From positions 1-46,714 of the forward strand of contig JBEPZV010000004.1 in NCBI GenBank assembly GCA_041640655.1: 46,714 bases of DNA. Direction: 5' to 3'. Each line of letters starts with the position of its first letter. Position 1 is the stretch's first letter. Made by a program: the position numbers and the translations under genes. Origin of the DNA: a bacterium (GTDB lineage: Bacteria > Acidobacteriota > Blastocatellia > HR10). The notes beneath the pieces were generated by a model, which ran no database searches, had not been told where the DNA came from, and was given only the letters and a program-made list of their open reading frames with translations. Positions 19,049 to 29,132 of the stretch are shown here, piece by piece.

Positions 19049-20239
19049 ATGCGGCGAGATCGAGGGAGTATCGTTGTCTTGACCACAGCCGGACTGGTCG
19101 CGCTCTTAGGAGCGACCACGCTGGCGGTGGACGTGGGGTATCTCTACGTCGTGCGGAATCAATTGCAGAACGCCGTGGATGCGGCGGCGCTCGCGGGCGC
19201 GCAAGGGCTCCTGCAGGAGCCGGGGAATTATTCGGCGAGCGGGCCGGCCGTACGCTTGGCCATCGAGTATGCGGCGCGGAATCAGGCGGCGGGGCAACCC
19301 GTCCTGCTCTCCTCGAGCGAGATCACGTTCCCCAAACCCAATGTGATTCGGATCGAGATCGTTCGTCCGGTGAACACCTTCTTCGGCCCCATTCTTGGCG
19401 TTCGCCAGGCGAATATCCGGGTGCGCGCGGCGGCTGTCGTGGCTCCGGCCATCGGTGGTACAGGGGGGTGGCGTCCTCTGGCGCCACCGGATCAGTTCGG
19501 ACATGGCGGGATCTGCGTCACGCCGACGGACGACGATCACGGACCGTTCAATCCATCACCTCACACCTGGCAGGGGATCTCGGTCGCCTCCGATTACTAC
19601 AAGTCCCCCTATGATCCGGAGTTCGCCCGGGCTGACGTGAGCATCTACACCGATTGCTCGCCCGGAGCGCCGACGGGATTCATCGCCCCGCGCGATGTGA
19701 ACGGGAAGCGGATCGCGCTCAAAGTGAGTCAGACCTTCAGTCCAGGTAACTTCTTCCCCGTTGCTCTCGGAGGGACTGGAGCTGATCGGTATCGCGCTAA
19801 TCTGGCCAACGGCTGGGATGGGACTGTCCAACTGGGCGATGTGCTCTTAACGGAGACGGGAAATATGACGGGGCCGACGCTCCAGGGCATCACCGAATTG
19901 ATCGCGAAAGACCCGACGGCGCGCATGGTGAAGGAGAACGGCGTGTGGAAGGTGGTGAGCGACCTTTATCCTGTGAATGAGAGTCCGCGAATTGTGCCGA
20001 TCGTGCATTTTGATCCCACCGATCCACCGGGGAACGGGCGAACCACATTTCGTATCTCCAACATCACGGCCTTTTTCATCGAGGGGACTTCGGGGAACAT
20101 GATCCTCGGGCGCTTCATCGCGATGCGACTGCCGGGGGCGATCGCTGGAGAGGCCTCTGAGCGCCCTTCGAGCCGGACCAGTGGGGCCGGGGGGTATCTC
20201 TTGGGGACGGTGCAGCTCACCGATCCCGGGGGATATTGA
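19049..20239 (+). CDS. TadG-like (Flp/Tad pilus-associated) protein, copy 1
   Basis: RRDRG|S plus hydrophobic helix, then LAVDVGYLY...QLQNAVDAAALAGA (Tad N-terminal signature). C-terminal GNF...TETGNM...SPRIVPI...AFFIEG. Confidence 0.82.
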   Translation: MRRDRGSIVVLTTAGLVALLGATTLAVDVGYLYVVRNQLQNAVDAAALAGAQGLLQEPGNYSASGPAVRLAIEYAARNQAAGQPVLLSSSEITFPKPNVIRIEIVRPVNTFFGPILGVRQANIRVRAAAVVAPAIGGTGGWRPLAPPDQFGHGGICVTPTDDDHGPFNPSPHTWQGISVASDYYKSPYDPEFARADVSIYTDCSPGAPTGFIAPRDVNGKRIALKVSQTFSPGNFFPVALGGTGADRYRANLANGWDGTVQLGDVLLTETGNMTGPTLQGITELIAKDPTARMVKENGVWKVVSDLYPVNESPRIVPIVHFDPTDPPGNGRTTFRISNITAFFIEGTSGNMILGRFIAMRLPGAIAGEASERPSSRTSGAGGYLLGTVQLTDPGGY

Positions 20240-20458
20240 GGCGGCCGGCCCCATGCGGCGAACACCATCGAAGTGAGGGCCGACGTGAGAAGAGCGCATC
20301 GAGAGGATCGCGGTTCGATTTTGATCCTGGTCGTCGCCGGGTTGGTGGCCATTGTGGGCGTGACGAGCTTGGCGGTGGACGTGGGGTATCTCTACGTCGT
20401 GCGGAATCAATTGCAGAACGCCGTGGATGCGGCGGCGCTCGCGGGCGCGCAAGGGCTC
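19122..20458 (+). repeat. 89-nt perfect direct repeat shared by the two TadG-like genes (19122-19210 = 20370-20458)
   Basis: Read base by base: tggcggtggacgtggggtatctctacgtc...gcgcaagggctc is identical. Further perfect blocks are 19401-19441 = 20649-20689 (41 nt) and 19487-19524 = 20735-20772 (38 nt). Confidence 0.9.
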
Positions 20459-21496
20459 TTGGCGCAACCGGGGAACTATACGGCCGAGGGGGCGGCTGTG
20501 CGCTGGGCGATGGAATACGCCGCGCGCAATCAGGCTGACGGACAACAGGTGCTTCTCTCCAGCAGCGAGATCACATTCCCGCGAAGCAACGTCATCCTCA
20601 TTGACATCACGCGACCGGCGCGCACGTTCTTCGCGCGTCTGTTCGGTATTCGCCAGGCGAATATCCGGGTGCGCGCGGCGGCTGTCGTGACTCCAGCCGT
20701 CGGCGGGACCGGAGGGTGGCGCCCGTGGGCGCCGCCGGATCAGTTCGGACATGGCGGGATCTGCGTCACGCCCGAAGATGACGATCACGGCCCCTTCACT
20801 CCCAATCCTCATACGTGGCGGGGGATCGCAGTCAACGCCGATTATTACAAGTCTCCCTACGACCCGGAATTCCAAGGGCAGGACCTGAGCCTCTATCGCG
20901 ATTGCTCTCCGGGATCCCCCACCGGATTCATCGCGCCTCGGGACGTGGATGGCCGATACATCGAACTGAAGAGCGATTCGCCGGAATATCCGGGGAACTT
21001 CTACGGTCTCGCATTAGGCGGACGTGGGGCCGATACCTATCGTGAGAACATCATCTTCGGATGGGGAGGAACGGCGCAGATCGGCGACACGCTCACGACG
21101 GAACCGGGGAATATGGTCGGTCCGACGCGCCAGGGCGTGAGCGCGTTGATCGCGCAGGATCCCAATGCCCAGCTTCGGCGAGATCCCGTGACGCGACAGT
21201 GGTATGTCTGGAGCGATCGCTATCCGCCCAATGAGAGCCCCCGCATCGTCCCCATTTTTCTCTTCGATCCGACGATCCCCTCGCGTGGAGGGCGAACGAC
21301 CATTCGCGTGGCCAACCTCGGCGCCTTCTTCATTGAGGGGAGCGACGGACGTTCCGTCTTCGGGCGCTTCATCGCGATGCGGCTGCCGGGGGCGATCGCC
21401 GGCACTCCGGCCGAACGTCCCGCACGCCAGAGCAGTGGCGCCAGCGGGTATTTGATTGGAACCGTGCAATTGGCGGATCCTGACGAGTATCGCTGA
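20273..21496 (+). CDS. TadG-like protein, copy 2 (tandem paralogue; GTG at 20285 is an alternative start)
   Basis: Same architecture as copy 1, colinear over the full length. Confidence 0.82.
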   Translation: MRADVRRAHREDRGSILILVVAGLVAIVGVTSLAVDVGYLYVVRNQLQNAVDAAALAGAQGLLAQPGNYTAEGAAVRWAMEYAARNQADGQQVLLSSSEITFPRSNVILIDITRPARTFFARLFGIRQANIRVRAAAVVTPAVGGTGGWRPWAPPDQFGHGGICVTPEDDDHGPFTPNPHTWRGIAVNADYYKSPYDPEFQGQDLSLYRDCSPGSPTGFIAPRDVDGRYIELKSDSPEYPGNFYGLALGGRGADTYRENIIFGWGGTAQIGDTLTTEPGNMVGPTRQGVSALIAQDPNAQLRRDPVTRQWYVWSDRYPPNESPRIVPIFLFDPTIPSRGGRTTIRVANLGAFFIEGSDGRSVFGRFIAMRLPGAIAGTPAERPARQSSGASGYLIGTVQLADPDEYR

Positions 21497-21523
21497 TCGG
21501 GCCTCCCCTCGCGTCAGTGGGGC

Positions 21524-21559
21524 GGCTCGGGTCGAGATCTTTCGACCTCGACCCGAGCC
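21524..21559. terminator. Stem-loop between convergent genes (probable bidirectional terminator)
   Basis: 13-bp perfect stem GGCTCGGGTCGAG/CTCGACCCGAGCC with a 10-nt loop, lying between two converging stop codons. No long U-tract. Confidence 0.65.
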
Positions 21560-21571
21560 CCGATGGGAGAG

Positions 21572-24500
21572 CTAACGGGGCACGATGATGCGCTCCCCCG
21601 GATTGAGATGCGGGATGTTACCCTCCCGCAATTGTCGGTTGAGATTGGGGATTGTCTCCTCGATGAGACGATTCAAGCGCTCCACGTACTGGGCGAGCTC
21701 CTGCGCCACCTCCTCGATCATCTCCGCTTGTCGCGGCGTCGGTCGCGCCGTGAACGATCCGATGGCCGAATAGAGCTGCGCCAAGCGTCCGACGATCGGG
21801 CGCGGCGTCCCCGGCAGATCCGGTCCAGCGAAGCCGAGCGGACGCGGACGCGCGACGAATTGATCCCGAAGGTCATCCAGTTCTCTCAGCAGGGCCGCAG
21901 CCGTCGCTTGTACGGATTGAGGCACACCCGGCTGTCGCTTCAAGCTCTCGGTCCATTCATTGACGCGGTTGCGCAATTCGACGATACGACGGCGCGCGGC
22001 ATCGGCCGTGGCGTAGAGCCGTCCCACGCGATGCCACGCCTCGCGGTGCGCGCGAAGCTCGGCCTCGCTGATCTGAAGGCGCGGGTCTTCCTCGACGCGC
22101 ACGATCTGACTCGCTTGCCGAGTGCCGACCGAGACGCGCACGGTGTACTCACCGGGCAGGACGAATGGACCCTGTGGCGCGCCGAAGGGGCCGGCCGGGG
22201 GTTCAGCGTCCGCACGCACCGGCGACTCGTGTCGAAGGTCCCAAACCACGCGATTGATCCCCACCTCCTTGGGCCCGCGCAGCTCGCGAACCACGCGCCC
22301 TTCGCGATCGAGGATCGTGATCGTGACCTCCTCCTTCTCACCCGGCGGCGTCTTCAGGTAGTAGTGAATGATGGCCCCATAAGGGGGATTCGGCGCGATG
22401 AAGAACTTGTGCCCCGTGTTGCCCTTGTGATTGTAGAGCCGGTACATCGTCGCCGGACGGATATCGAAGACGTGCAGATCAGACTCCAAAACGGACGGCG
22501 AGAGCTGTTCGAGTGGTGTGATGTCGTCCAGGATGAAGATGCTCCGCCCATGCGTGCCCAGGATGAGATCGTTCTCACGCGGATGGATTTGGATGTCGTC
22601 CACCGGAACGGTCGGCAGATTATTTTTGAGGCGAATCCACCGCCCGCCCCGATCGAACGAGACGAAGAGCCCGAACTCCGTCCCCACGAAGAGGAGATTG
22701 GGATTCCGCGGATGCTCGCGAATGACATTGATCGTATGCCCATCCGGGAGGTCGCTCCGCAGGGACTTCCACGTCTTCCCGAAATCCGTCGTCAGGTAGA
22801 CGTAGGGTGTGAAATCATTGTTGCGGTGCCCGTCGAACGTCACATAGGCCGTTCCTTCCCCGGACCGCGAGGCGACGACGCGGCTCACATAGGTGTTCTT
22901 CGGAACGCCGGGGATATTGCCGACGACGTTCTCCCACGTCCGGCCGCCGTCGCGCGAGACCTGGACGTTGCCGTCATCGGTGCCGACCCACAGGATCCCA
23001 GGGCGCAGAGGGGATTCGGAGATCGTCGTGATCTGCCCATATGTCTCCACGCCGTCATGGCGCGAGAGGGTGTCCGGGCCGGGGATCACGCCCATGATCG
23101 GCATCTTGTCTCGATCCGGTTGCGTCGTCAGATCGGGAGTCTCGGTCCAGGTCTCGCCTCGGTCGTGGGAGATGAAGAGTCGGTTCCCCCCGAAATAGAT
23201 CGTGTTCGGGTCATGCGGCGAGATGAGGATCGGGGAGTTCCAGTCGAACCGGTATCGCGGCTGGCCGGGTTTGGGCTCCGGACGAATCACGCGGCGCTCG
23301 CCCGTGTTCAGGTGCAAGCGCGTGATGTTGCCGTTCTGCGACTCCACGTAGAGGATGTTGTGATCGGTCGGATCCACTTGGACGTAGAAGCCGTCACCGC
23401 CGCCGATGCGAATCCAGTCCTCGTTGGTGATGCCGACGGTGTAGAGCGTGCGGCTGGGCCCCATCCAGCTCCCATTGTCCTGGAGCCCGCCGTACACGTA
23501 GTAGGGCGTGCGCATGTCGTAGCAAATCTCATAGAACTGCCCGAGCGGCAGCGTGTTGATGAAGTCCCACGTTCGCCCTCGATCGTGACTGATGTGAATG
23601 CCTCCGTCAGAGCCAAGAACGATGTGATCCGAATTGGCCGGATTGATCCACATGGCGTGGAAATCGCCGTGAATGCGCGTGACCCAGTTGGTGCGGAACG
23701 TCCGTCCGCCATCTTCGGAGTAGTACATGGGTGCGCCCATGACCCAGATGCGTTGATCATTGTTCGGGTCGATGCGAATCTGGCTGTAGTAGGAGGGACG
23801 CGGATTGACATCGCTCATCCTTGTCCACGTCTCCCCGCGATCCTCCGAGCGGAAGACGCCCCCGCTCTTGTTCTCGATGATGGCGTAGACGATGCGCGGA
23901 TCACGCCGATAGATGTCCAGACCGATGCGTCCGGTATCGCCCGTGGGCAGCCCGCGGGTGAGCTTCCTCCATGTCGCGCCGCCATCCACGGACTTGTAGA
24001 GGCCACTGTGGGGGCCGCCGCCGTTGAATCCATAGGCCGTGCGTCGGCGTTGATACGCCGCCGCGTAGAGGATATTCGGGCTCTGAGGATCCATGGCGAC
24101 GTCCACGACACCCGTATCCTCGTTGATGAAGAGCACACACGTCCACGTCTTCCCCCCATCGGTCGTCTTGAAGAGGCCGCGCTCTCGATTGGGCCCCCAC
24201 AAGCGTCCGAGGGCCGCCACATAGACGATGTCCGGGTTGGTCGGGTCAATGACGATGCGCCCGATGTGATGCGTATCGTTGAGCCCCATATGTTGCCAGG
24301 TCTTTCCGCCGTCGAGCGATTTGTAGACGCCGTTGCCCCACGAGGAGCTTTGCCGATTGTTGGGCTCTCCGGTGCCGACCCAGACGATGTTCGGATTCGA
24401 GGGGGCGACGGTGACATCGCCGATGGAGCTGACGGCCTCGTTGTCGAAGATCGGTTCCCAGGTGACGCCTCCGTTAGTCGTCTTCCACACGCCGCCGGAG

Positions 24501-24760
24501 GCGGTGGCGACGTAGATGATGCGCGGATCGCTCTCGACGACGGCGAAATCATCAATGCGCCCACCCATGATCGCCGGTCCGATGTTCCGGAACTCGAGGC
24601 TCTTGAAGAGGTCCTCGGTGATCGGCCGGCGATCACTGTGCCCCTGTCCGCGAACCAACGGGAGTCCGGCGAGCAGAAGCAGCAGGAGCATGATGAGGCT
24701 GATCCCGCGAACGGACCATGATCTCGTCATGGTGAGCTGTGTCCTGTGTGGTGTGGTCAT
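21572..24760 (-). CDS. Secreted VPS10/BNR (Asp-box) repeat beta-propeller protein, putative glycoside hydrolase
   Basis: AAGGAGG SD, signal peptide, RNIGPAIMGGRI start motif, many S/T-x-D-G-G-x-T-W Asp-boxes, GTHGRSIFILDD, helical C-terminus. Confidence 0.88.
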   Translation of the reverse strand: MTTPHRTQLTMTRSWSVRGISLIMLLLLLLAGLPLVRGQGHSDRRPITEDLFKSLEFRNIGPAIMGGRIDDFAVVESDPRIIYVATASGGVWKTTNGGVTWEPIFDNEAVSSIGDVTVAPSNPNIVWVGTGEPNNRQSSSWGNGVYKSLDGGKTWQHMGLNDTHHIGRIVIDPTNPDIVYVAALGRLWGPNRERGLFKTTDGGKTWTCVLFINEDTGVVDVAMDPQSPNILYAAAYQRRRTAYGFNGGGPHSGLYKSVDGGATWRKLTRGLPTGDTGRIGLDIYRRDPRIVYAIIENKSGGVFRSEDRGETWTRMSDVNPRPSYYSQIRIDPNNDQRIWVMGAPMYYSEDGGRTFRTNWVTRIHGDFHAMWINPANSDHIVLGSDGGIHISHDRGRTWDFINTLPLGQFYEICYDMRTPYYVYGGLQDNGSWMGPSRTLYTVGITNEDWIRIGGGDGFYVQVDPTDHNILYVESQNGNITRLHLNTGERRVIRPEPKPGQPRYRFDWNSPILISPHDPNTIYFGGNRLFISHDRGETWTETPDLTTQPDRDKMPIMGVIPGPDTLSRHDGVETYGQITTISESPLRPGILWVGTDDGNVQVSRDGGRTWENVVGNIPGVPKNTYVSRVVASRSGEGTAYVTFDGHRNNDFTPYVYLTTDFGKTWKSLRSDLPDGHTINVIREHPRNPNLLFVGTEFGLFVSFDRGGRWIRLKNNLPTVPVDDIQIHPRENDLILGTHGRSIFILDDITPLEQLSPSVLESDLHVFDIRPATMYRLYNHKGNTGHKFFIAPNPPYGAIIHYYLKTPPGEKEEVTITILDREGRVVRELRGPKEVGINRVVWDLRHESPVRADAEPPAGPFGAPQGPFVLPGEYTVRVSVGTRQASQIVRVEEDPRLQISEAELRAHREAWHRVGRLYATADAARRRIVELRNRVNEWTESLKRQPGVPQSVQATAAALLRELDDLRDQFVARPRPLGFAGPDLPGTPRPIVGRLAQLYSAIGSFTARPTPRQAEMIEEVAQELAQYVERLNRLIEETIPNLNRQLREGNIPHLNPGERIIVPR

Positions 24761-24772
24761 AGACGATCCTCC

Positions 24773-25534
24773 TTAGTGGGTTTTCGTAGGCAATCGGTTG
24801 ATGAGGCTGGCGACGACGCCCGCGCCGAAGCCATTGTCAATATTGACGACGACGACGTTCGCCGCGCAACTGTTCAGCATGCCGAGCAGAGCGGCGAGGC
24901 CGCCGTGGCCGACGCCGTAGCCGATACTGGTCGGGACGGCGATGACGGGAACACCCACCAGCCCTCCGACGACGCTCGGCAGGGCACCCTCCATGCCGGC
25001 GACGCAGACGACGACGCGAGCTTCCGCCAGAGGCTCCCAGATGCTCAGTAGCCGATGCAGCCCGGCGACGCCGACGTCATAGAAGCGGGCCACGCGGCTC
25101 CCCAGAGCTTCGGCGGTGATGGCGGCTTCCTCAGCGACGGGAATGTCGGCCGTCCCCGCCGAGACCACGGCGATCAATCCCTCGGGTTCGGGAGGGGGAC
25201 CTCGACGGATCGTGATCATGCGCGCGTGCGGATGATACACGGCTTCCGGGACGACACGATGGACGGCGGTGTAGGCCGCCTCGTCCGTCCGCGTTACGAG
25301 GACCACGGAGCCTCGCTCCAGGAGCCGGACAACGATCGCCGCGATCTGCTCGGGCGTCTTCCCCTGGCCGAAGACGACTTCAGGGAAGCCCTGCCGCAGC
25401 AGCCGATGATGATCGAGCTTGGCGAAGCCGAGGTCCTCATAGGGAAGATGGCGAAGCCGAGCGAGAACCTCGTCCAGCGTCACCTCTCCCCGCTGAAAAG
25501 CGAGCAGCAACTCCCTGAGCGCCCCCTCGTTCAC
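24773..25534 (-). CDS. larB: Nickel-pincer cofactor biosynthesis protein LarB
   Basis: [78 protein letters not shown]. Confidence 0.92.
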   Translation of the reverse strand: MNEGALRELLLAFQRGEVTLDEVLARLRHLPYEDLGFAKLDHHRLLRQGFPEVVFGQGKTPEQIAAIVVRLLERGSVVLVTRTDEAAYTAVHRVVPEAVYHPHARMITIRRGPPPEPEGLIAVVSAGTADIPVAEEAAITAEALGSRVARFYDVGVAGLHRLLSIWEPLAEARVVVCVAGMEGALPSVVGGLVGVPVIAVPTSIGYGVGHGGLAALLGMLNSCAANVVVVNIDNGFGAGVVASLINRLPTKTH

Positions 25535-25542
25535 GGCTCCCT

Positions 25543-25551
25543 ATTTTAGCA
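25543..25551 (-). promoter_or_regulatory. Extended -10 promoter for larB (near-leaderless)
   Basis: Minus strand TG-C-TAAAAT, 8 nt before GTG 25534. Confidence 0.5.
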
Positions 25552-25594
25552 GAGTTTGGTCCCGAAGCCTTCTCCTTCCCCAAGAGCGCGCGCT

Positions 25595-25623
25595 TTCCTC
25601 ACCTCTGGTTGGCGCGCTATAAT
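25595..25623 (+). promoter_or_regulatory. sigma70-type promoter for ilvD
   Basis: TTCCTC (25595-25600), 17-nt spacer, consensus TATAAT (25618-25623). GGAGG SD before ATG 25658. Confidence 0.6.
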
Positions 25624-25657
25624 CACACGACCTTCGTGAGAATGAGGGGAGGCGAAT

Positions 25658-27331
25658 ATGAGTCGAGAGTTGAAGCGATGGAGCGCTCAATTGACCGAAG
25701 GGCTCAGCCGCGCGGGCGCGCGCGCGATGATGAAAGCCGTGGGGTTTCGCGATGAAGACCTGGAGCGTCCTCTGGTGGGCGTCGCGCACTGCTGGATCGA
25801 GATCATGCCGTGCAACTATAACCATCGCCGCTTGGCCGAGAAGGTCAAAGACGGCATTCGGGCTGCCGGAGGGACGCCGATCGAGTTCAATACGATCGCC
25901 ATCTCTGACGGCATCGCCATGGGGACGGAGGGGATGAAGACGTCACTCGTCAGCCGCGAGATCATCGCGGATTCCATCGAATTGGTCGCGCGCGGCCATC
26001 TGCTGGATGCCTTGGTGGTGATCTCCGGGTGCGATAAGACGATCCCCGGCACGGTCATGGCCCTGCTGCGGTTGGATCTCCCTGGCCTCATGCTCTACAG
26101 CGGTTCGATCGCGCCGGGGGTGTTCCACGGGCGCGCCGTGACGATCCAGGACGTCTTCGAGGCGATCGGGGCATGCGCGGCCGGTCGGATGACGCCGGAG
26201 GAGCTGCGGGAGCTGGAGGACGTCGCCTGTCCGGGAGAAGGAGCCTGCGGCGGACAATTCACGGCGAACACAATGGCGACCGCCTGTGAGATGCTGGGGA
26301 TCTCGCCGATGGGGAGCGCGATGGTTCCGGCGGCTGATCCACAGAAGGAGGAGGTCGCGTTCCGCTGCGGACAGCTCGTCATGGAGCTTTTGCGACGCGA
26401 CATCCGACCGCGCCATATCATCACGCGAAAGGCCCTGGAGAATGCCATCGCGGCCGTCGCTGCGACTGGCGGTTCGACGAACGCGGTCCTTCATCTGCTG
26501 GCCATCGCGCGCGAGGCGGGTGTGGAATTGGCGCTCGATGACTTCGACCGCATCAGCTCGCGTACGCCGCTTCTGGCCGATATGAAGCCGTGGGGGCGGT
26601 ATGTCGCCCATGACGTTTACCGCGCCGGAGGAATCGGAGTCATCGCCAAGCGGTTGGCGGAGGCGGGACTGCTCCATGAAGACGCGCTGACAGTGACCGG
26701 GCGGACGATTGGGGAGGAAGCCCGTGACGCTCGGGAGACGCCGGGACAGTCGGTCATTCGCCCGCTCTCGGACCCCCTCTCGCCGACTGGAGGATTGGTC
26801 ATCCTGTGGGGGAGCCTCGCTCCCGAAGGGTGTGTGGTGAAGATCGCGGGGAAGGAGAAGCTCTATCATCGCGGGCCAGCGCGCGTGTTCGATCGCGAGG
26901 AGTACGCCTTCGAAGCGGTGCAGCGTCGGGAGATCAAGCCGGGCGATGTCGTCGTCATTCGCTATGAGGGACCGAGGGGAGGTCCCGGCATGCGCGAGAT
27001 GCTCGCCGTGACGGGCGCATTGCAAGGGGCCGGCTTAGGGGAAGCCGTCGCTCTTGTCACCGACGGACGCTTCTCCGGCGCGACGCATGGTTTGATGGCC
27101 GGGCATGTCGCTCCGGAAGCCGCCGTTGGCGGACCGATCGCCATCGTGCGCGACGGCGATATGATCGTCTTCGACATCGCACGTCGGCGGCTCGATGTGG
27201 AGCTCTCGCAAGAGGAGATCGCCGCGCGGCTCGCGCGATGGACGCCCCCACCACCGCGATACAGCTCCGGCGTCATGGCCAAGTACGCGCGGTTGGTCTC
27301 CTCCGCGTCCGAAGGAGCGGTGACCCGTTGA
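25658..27331 (+). CDS. ilvD: Dihydroxy-acid dehydratase
   Basis: [80 protein letters not shown]. Confidence 0.97.
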   Translation: MSRELKRWSAQLTEGLSRAGARAMMKAVGFRDEDLERPLVGVAHCWIEIMPCNYNHRRLAEKVKDGIRAAGGTPIEFNTIAISDGIAMGTEGMKTSLVSREIIADSIELVARGHLLDALVVISGCDKTIPGTVMALLRLDLPGLMLYSGSIAPGVFHGRAVTIQDVFEAIGACAAGRMTPEELRELEDVACPGEGACGGQFTANTMATACEMLGISPMGSAMVPAADPQKEEVAFRCGQLVMELLRRDIRPRHIITRKALENAIAAVAATGGSTNAVLHLLAIAREAGVELALDDFDRISSRTPLLADMKPWGRYVAHDVYRAGGIGVIAKRLAEAGLLHEDALTVTGRTIGEEARDARETPGQSVIRPLSDPLSPTGGLVILWGSLAPEGCVVKIAGKEKLYHRGPARVFDREEYAFEAVQRREIKPGDVVVIRYEGPRGGPGMREMLAVTGALQGAGLGEAVALVTDGRFSGATHGLMAGHVAPEAAVGGPIAIVRDGDMIVFDIARRRLDVELSQEEIAARLARWTPPPPRYSSGVMAKYARLVSSASEGAVTR

Positions 27332-27349
27332 GGCGATCGCGCGGGAGGA

Positions 27350-28582
27350 TCAGTCCGGAGGCGGTTCCTCCCACGTCCGCCAGGGCGGGAGCTGCCGTGA
27401 GGGCGGGGGGGAGGGCAACGTCAGGCCATCGAGGTTCAGACGTTGAATGCCTCCCGCATCGGAGAAGGGATACCGCTGCATCCGGCGCCGTCTCCAGAGG
27501 AAGAACCCATAGCCGAAGAGCACGCCCGCACCGATCGCGATCACAATCAAGACGCCAATGAAGGCGAAGACGGCGATGAGCCATCGCCCCACCGGGAATT
27601 CCTCGATGATACTCGGCACCAATCGAATGCGATCTCCACTCAACCATCGAACGTGCGCCGTGTACTCGATCTGATTCACGATCCGTTCGATCGTCGGGCG
27701 ATCGGAGACGTCGAAGGCGCAGATCAGATAGTTCCCCTCGCGTTTGAAGATCCGACGATCGCGCTCGGCGGGCGCGAGGCGTTGCCAGTGCGCCTGGACG
27801 CGATCATACGCTGCCTTGGCCCACTGCGGTGTGTGATACTCGACCAGAAGGAGCTTGGCCGAGGCGCGATTCAGCCGGTATTCGGCAATGGCAGCTTCGA
27901 CGGCGTCGCTCTCCAGCAGGAAGAGGTCATCGGGGTTCTCATAGCCGGGGAACGCGGCCAGACCGCGTGGCCCGGCGATGAAGCGCTCCGAGCCCGGAAT
28001 GCGCCCCTCCACCGGCAGGTGGCGGATGAGCAGGGGGATCTCATGCGGGCCGACATCCAGACGCTCGGCGAAGGCGCGGGCCAGATCGCTCAACTCGCCC
28101 ACGGGGAGATCCCGGGTTTTCGCTTCCCGCCGAATCGTCACGCGGCCATAGTAATCCCCTTTCCAGAAGGCGACGGCATTCTCCTCCGCTTCCGCTTCCG
28201 TCCCGATCCCACTCACGCGGACCCCCCCGCGGCGTTCGAAGGAGTAGAAGCCGTAGGCGGACACATAATTGATCATCCGGAAGAGTTCGATGCGCACCGT
28301 TCGCCGTCGCCCATCGGTGTAGTCGGCGAAGGCCGCCTCGCGCAATCCGTATTCGCGTGCGATGGCCCCCCGATGCGGATCGTACGCCTCGTATTCGGAG
28401 GCCCGAAAGGCATGAACGGGCTCGATGAGATGCCACGAACCCAATCGCCGCTCAAATGCCGTCGCGATGAGCGGGGGCGTTCGGATTTCGAGAACTTGAG
28501 CAGAGGCTATCGAGACGAGGATGAGAATCGCCCCTGCGCTGCCCGCGGTTCGCATGCCTCGATGGGACCGTGCCGCGCTCAT
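27350..28582 (-). CDS. Exported, C-terminally anchored protein (DUF6599-like)
   Basis: Signal peptide, AYGFYSF...FWKGDYY motif, C-terminal TM followed by a basic RRRR stop-transfer and LNLD. Family call is from memory only. Confidence 0.65.
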   Translation of the reverse strand: MSAARSHRGMRTAGSAGAILILVSIASAQVLEIRTPPLIATAFERRLGSWHLIEPVHAFRASEYEAYDPHRGAIAREYGLREAAFADYTDGRRRTVRIELFRMINYVSAYGFYSFERRGGVRVSGIGTEAEAEENAVAFWKGDYYGRVTIRREAKTRDLPVGELSDLARAFAERLDVGPHEIPLLIRHLPVEGRIPGSERFIAGPRGLAAFPGYENPDDLFLLESDAVEAAIAEYRLNRASAKLLLVEYHTPQWAKAAYDRVQAHWQRLAPAERDRRIFKREGNYLICAFDVSDRPTIERIVNQIEYTAHVRWLSGDRIRLVPSIIEEFPVGRWLIAVFAFIGVLIVIAIGAGVLFGYGFFLWRRRRMQRYPFSDAGGIQRLNLDGLTLPSPPPSRQLPPWRTWEEPPPD

Positions 28583-28592
28583 GGCCTGTCCC

Positions 28593-29126
28593 TCATGCGC
28601 GTTCGATCTGACGGAGGATCAGATCGGCGTAGGTCTGCGGATGTCGTATGTCTCGCAACACGACTCTCTCGGCCTCGGCGGCCGTATCAATGACCAGGTC
28701 CCCGATGCCCAGAAGACGCCCCCATCCGCTTTGGATGACGGCGACTTCCTGAATCTTGTGAAGCGGGACGTGGCGATAGACGCGTCGCAGCACGCCCGAA
28801 GTCACGGTGAGCCCATGCTCCGTGAGGACGTACGTCTCGAAAGTCCGCGCCAGGTGGTGTCGAAGCGGCCAGGTGAGGATCAGCACGATGGCCAGAGCGA
28901 TGCCCCAGGGGGGGATCGCGCCGGGCCGCCAGCGCTCCATGTGCGCCAGCAGCAGCAGAAGGCCTCCGATGACGATCGCCGTCCCCACATACCGCGCGGT
29001 CACAAAGAGCGCGGTCGGGTGGAGGACGAAGATCGGGGAATCGGGAGGCTCCCGGAGGCGCGCGCCGCACCGGGAGCAGAAGCGTCCCGTCTCAGGATTC
29101 GCCGCGCCACAGCTCGGACAGCGCAT
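28593..29126 (-). CDS. Zinc-ribbon plus bacterial PH (bPH_2/YdbS-like) membrane protein
   Basis: CPSCG...FCSRCG, two TM helices, YVLTEHGLTVTSGVL...KIQEV...RLLGIGDLVIDTA. Confidence 0.8.
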   Translation of the reverse strand: MRCPSCGAANPETGRFCSRCGARLREPPDSPIFVLHPTALFVTARYVGTAIVIGGLLLLLAHMERWRPGAIPPWGIALAIVLILTWPLRHHLARTFETYVLTEHGLTVTSGVLRRVYRHVPLHKIQEVAVIQSGWGRLLGIGDLVIDTAAEAERVVLRDIRHPQTYADLILRQIERA

Positions 29127-29132
29127 GGTCGC

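Noticed and set aside
19122..20772. Direct repeats as a CRISPR array or a diversity-generating retroelement TR/VR pair
   Set aside because: The repeats are two-copy patches inside paralogous CDSs with no spacers, no adenine-specific mismatch pattern, and no cas or reverse transcriptase gene in the window.
21563..24721. 1052-aa plus-strand ORF antisense to the VPS10/BNR gene (also 33956-35971, 36898-38508, 9940-11439, 12478-13926, 27443-28693 and similar)
   Set aside because: These are shadow ORFs mirroring real genes in GC-rich DNA. They are Arg/His/Ala-rich with no motifs, and the opposite strand carries the recognisable proteins.
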